Shown here: piece by piece, positions 62,052 through 64,000 of the stretch
Layout of the letters: the number at the start of each line of letters is the position of its first letter
Numbering within the stretch: position 1 is the first letter of the stretch
Source of the DNA: Terriglobia bacterium
Lineage (GTDB): Bacteria > Acidobacteriota > Terriglobia > Acidiferrales > UBA7541
Direction: 5' to 3'
Assembly (NCBI GenBank): GCA_963788335.1
Contig: CAWBGM010000005.1
Span: forward strand, 45,275-109,274
Length of the DNA stretch: 64,000 nt
Translations under genes and position numbers: made by a program
Notes under the pieces: model-generated
What the model saw: the letters and a program-made list of their open reading frames with translations, nothing else
Told to the model about the DNA's origin: nothing
The model's database searches: none

Positions 62052-62269
62052 CGCGAATCTCCCGGGGTAGATTGCAGGACTATATAACAAATTCAGAAGC
62101 TATAGGAATAAGGACTGTTCCCGTCCGCTAGAATCCGCGGATAGCGATTTCCATAGAACGCCGCCGGCTGGGGCCCGTTCTGTCACGACTTTGCCCTTGA
62201 GAAGCATCTCATGCTTATTTATAAGTAATGTTAATTATGTTGATCGTCTAATTCAATCTCGCGGACGGC

Positions 62270-62701
62270 TCACTTCTTCTTCGTGGTCCGTCGAGCTCGC
62301 GCCGCGGAGTTCGCCGCCGCTGCGGCGCGAATGAGCTGCTTAAAAGCAGCTTCGTCGATCTTCTCCCCTTCGCGGAGGTCGATCGCGCGCCGCATGTTCC
62401 CTTCCAGGCTGGAATTGAAGAGCTTCTTGGGATCTTTGAGGGAAGCTCCGCGAGCGAAGGTCAGCTTCACGACCTGCTTGTACGATTCCCCTGTGCACAC
62501 AATTCCATCATGAAACCACACGGGCGTTCCCGGGCTCCTCGGCTTCACCCATTTCCATTCCTCCACGATATCCGGGTCGGCTTCGTGGATAAGCTGGCGG
62601 ACATGCGAGAGAGTCTTCCCCCTCCAATCGCCCAGCTCCTCTATTCGCCCGGTAATGTTCGCCGAAGCGGCATCGCTATCCGGACGTCTTGTCGCCTTCA
62701 T
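62270..62701 (-). CDS. DUF1801 (YdhG-like) domain protein
   Basis: Start at ATG 62701 after GGAGAG. The string I..LGDWRGKTLSHVRQLIHEADPDIVEEWKW......P.W.HDGIVCTGE.YK..VKLTFA.GA.L.DP is the typical DUF1801 pattern. There is no signal peptide. Confidence 0.7.
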   Translation of the reverse strand: MKATRRPDSDAASANITGRIEELGDWRGKTLSHVRQLIHEADPDIVEEWKWVKPRSPGTPVWFHDGIVCTGESYKQVVKLTFARGASLKDPKKLFNSSLEGNMRRAIDLREGEKIDEAAFKQLIRAAAAANSAARARRTTKKK

Positions 62702-62825
62702 GTTCTCTCCGATCCTTCGTTTCACGGGCCGCGAAAGTATCGCGCGCCCGAAGATTCAAGACCGCTAAAAGCGTGCTCCCCCAGCGAAGATTGCCACTCG
62801 CTGCCTCGGAGTATACAATCCCCCG

Positions 62826-63680
62826 ATGCGATCCCTTACATTGCACATGAAATGTTTTTTTTCGGTTAGCCTTGCGCTTGTTCTTGCTGTGACACTCCTC
62901 GCGGGACAAAACTCGACTGCACCATCGCCAAAAGAGCAGTGGTTTGCCGGACCGGGAAAGCCGGTGCCGGGCGTTCGGGGCTTCACCGTTCTCTACGAGA
63001 ATGACCAGCTGATCGTCGATCCGCCTCAGCCGTACCCTGGCGCCGGTGATCCCTCAACCGATCTTCCCAGCCTTTGCGCGACATTGCCTCCGCAGGACAG
63101 GGCACGGTGCGCCGAGCCCGGCCACAACTGGCACAACCACAAATTGAGTCGCGTATTGATTTACTTCCGCACAGGCGGCGAGCGGCTCACCTACCTGGAC
63201 GGCTCCATCGAGGACTTGATGTGGGAGCCCGGCACAGTCAACTGGAGCTCGCCGATCGGATTTCACTATTCGGGCCCCTTGCCCACTCCCCGCGTCGATC
63301 CACGTCCAAGCGGCCCCAGCGGCGTGATCATTGCGATCAAGAAGTGGGGCTATCCCGGCAAGGTGGTCGGCACCGCTCTCGACCCGTTGACGGTCGCTCC
63401 CAACAACTTCACCCTGATCTTCGAGAACCCCCAGGTTCGAGCTCTCCGCTTAAAAATCGGTCCGCACCAGAGCGTCCCGATGCACGAGTATACTCTAAGC
63501 CACCTGTCCGTTTGCATGACGGATCTGAACGCGCGCATCACTTCCCCTGGTGGAGAAGCCGAAGCCGCGCAACACAAGCTGGGCGATTTCAGTTGGAGCG
63601 GCCCCTCCCAACAGAAAATCGAGAACCTCTCGGACAATCCGCTGGAAACTGTCATTCTGGAGCTGAAGACGATTTACTGA
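62826..63680 (+). CDS. Secreted hypothetical protein
   Basis: 284-aa ORF with the signal MKCFFSVSLALVLAVTLLAG (or starting from the upstream Met). I did not recognise any family. The product is beta-rich and Pro-rich. Confidence 0.5.
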   Translation: MRSLTLHMKCFFSVSLALVLAVTLLAGQNSTAPSPKEQWFAGPGKPVPGVRGFTVLYENDQLIVDPPQPYPGAGDPSTDLPSLCATLPPQDRARCAEPGHNWHNHKLSRVLIYFRTGGERLTYLDGSIEDLMWEPGTVNWSSPIGFHYSGPLPTPRVDPRPSGPSGVIIAIKKWGYPGKVVGTALDPLTVAPNNFTLIFENPQVRALRLKIGPHQSVPMHEYTLSHLSVCMTDLNARITSPGGEAEAAQHKLGDFSWSGPSQQKIENLSDNPLETVILELKTIY

Positions 63681-64000
63681 TGGCGGATGGCCCTCCTCCA
63701 AAATGAAAAACAAAACCTCCGGCCCTTTCAAAAACCCGAAAGGGTCGGCCACCCGAAAATTCAAAACGGCTCAAAGGATGCGCCGCCCTCCTGATTTGGC
63801 ATAGTCCCGGCAGGGACGGCAGATCGTAGCCCACCACGGAAGGTCGGAACGAAGGACACGGAAGGAAAGAGCCCCGGAGGGGCGGCACTCCGCCGGATTC
63901 AATAATGGATTTCGAGCGACCATGAAACGACGCGGCGTGGATCAGTCGATCAAGATGTCGAAATCGTGATAAAACCTGATCATGGGCGAAGCGACACAGC

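Noticed and set aside
62186-62230. Small hairpin aagcat-ctc-atgctt followed by atttat in the gap between 62091 and 62269
   Set aside because: The stem is only 6 bp and AT-rich. No upstream gene on the plus strand would need a terminator here, and there is no T-tail on the minus strand.
1-64000. I looked for CRISPR arrays, rRNA or tRNA genes, transposases, integrases, phage genes, toxin-antitoxin pairs and known defence-system genes
   Set aside because: I found no direct-repeat/spacer arrays, no recognisable tRNA cloverleaf or rRNA segments in the intergenic gaps, and no ORF with recombinase, nuclease or ATPase defence signatures. A tRNAscan, Rfam or defence-finder run would be needed to be certain.

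Overview
This is a 64-kb, high-GC chromosomal segment. Its gene content looks like a soil Acidobacteria-type genome, which is an inference from three things: Oar-like TonB receptors, TolB-propeller Ser/Thr kinases and large paralogue expansions. I support about 42 protein-coding genes, 3 of them interrupted by single-base frameshifts. I also support a family of REP/MITE-like palindromic repeats and a few intrinsic terminators. I recognised no rRNA, tRNA, CRISPR array, transposase, integrase or phage genes. Almost every encoded protein carries a Sec or TAT signal peptide, so the window is essentially a block of periplasmic or extracellular enzymes. The main contents, in order, are:
- An FHA-GAF-PP2C phosphatase, which is missing from the ORF track, divergent from two tandem kinases.
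- A twice-repeated neighbourhood of cupin, metallo-beta-lactamase (MBL)-fold hydrolase and a CarboxypepD_reg/CXXCH/beta-propeller protein.
- A tandem MBL triplication.
- A PQQ dehydrogenase with a lanthanide-type D-x-D signature, fused to a type-1 copper cupredoxin and translationally coupled to a lactonase.
- Three consecutive polytopic glycosyltransferase-like (GT-C-like) membrane proteins.
- A tandem array of four secreted paralogues of a family I cannot name, interrupted by a DUF6152-like small protein.
- A 12.8-kb same-strand cluster of secreted hydrolases and CXXCH proteins.
The most likely candidates for undescribed biology are the four-paralogue array with its two distant relatives that flank a degenerate MBL, the CarboxypepD_reg-CXXCH proteins, and the PQQ-cupredoxin fusion. 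All family assignments come from motif recognition by eye. No searches were run.
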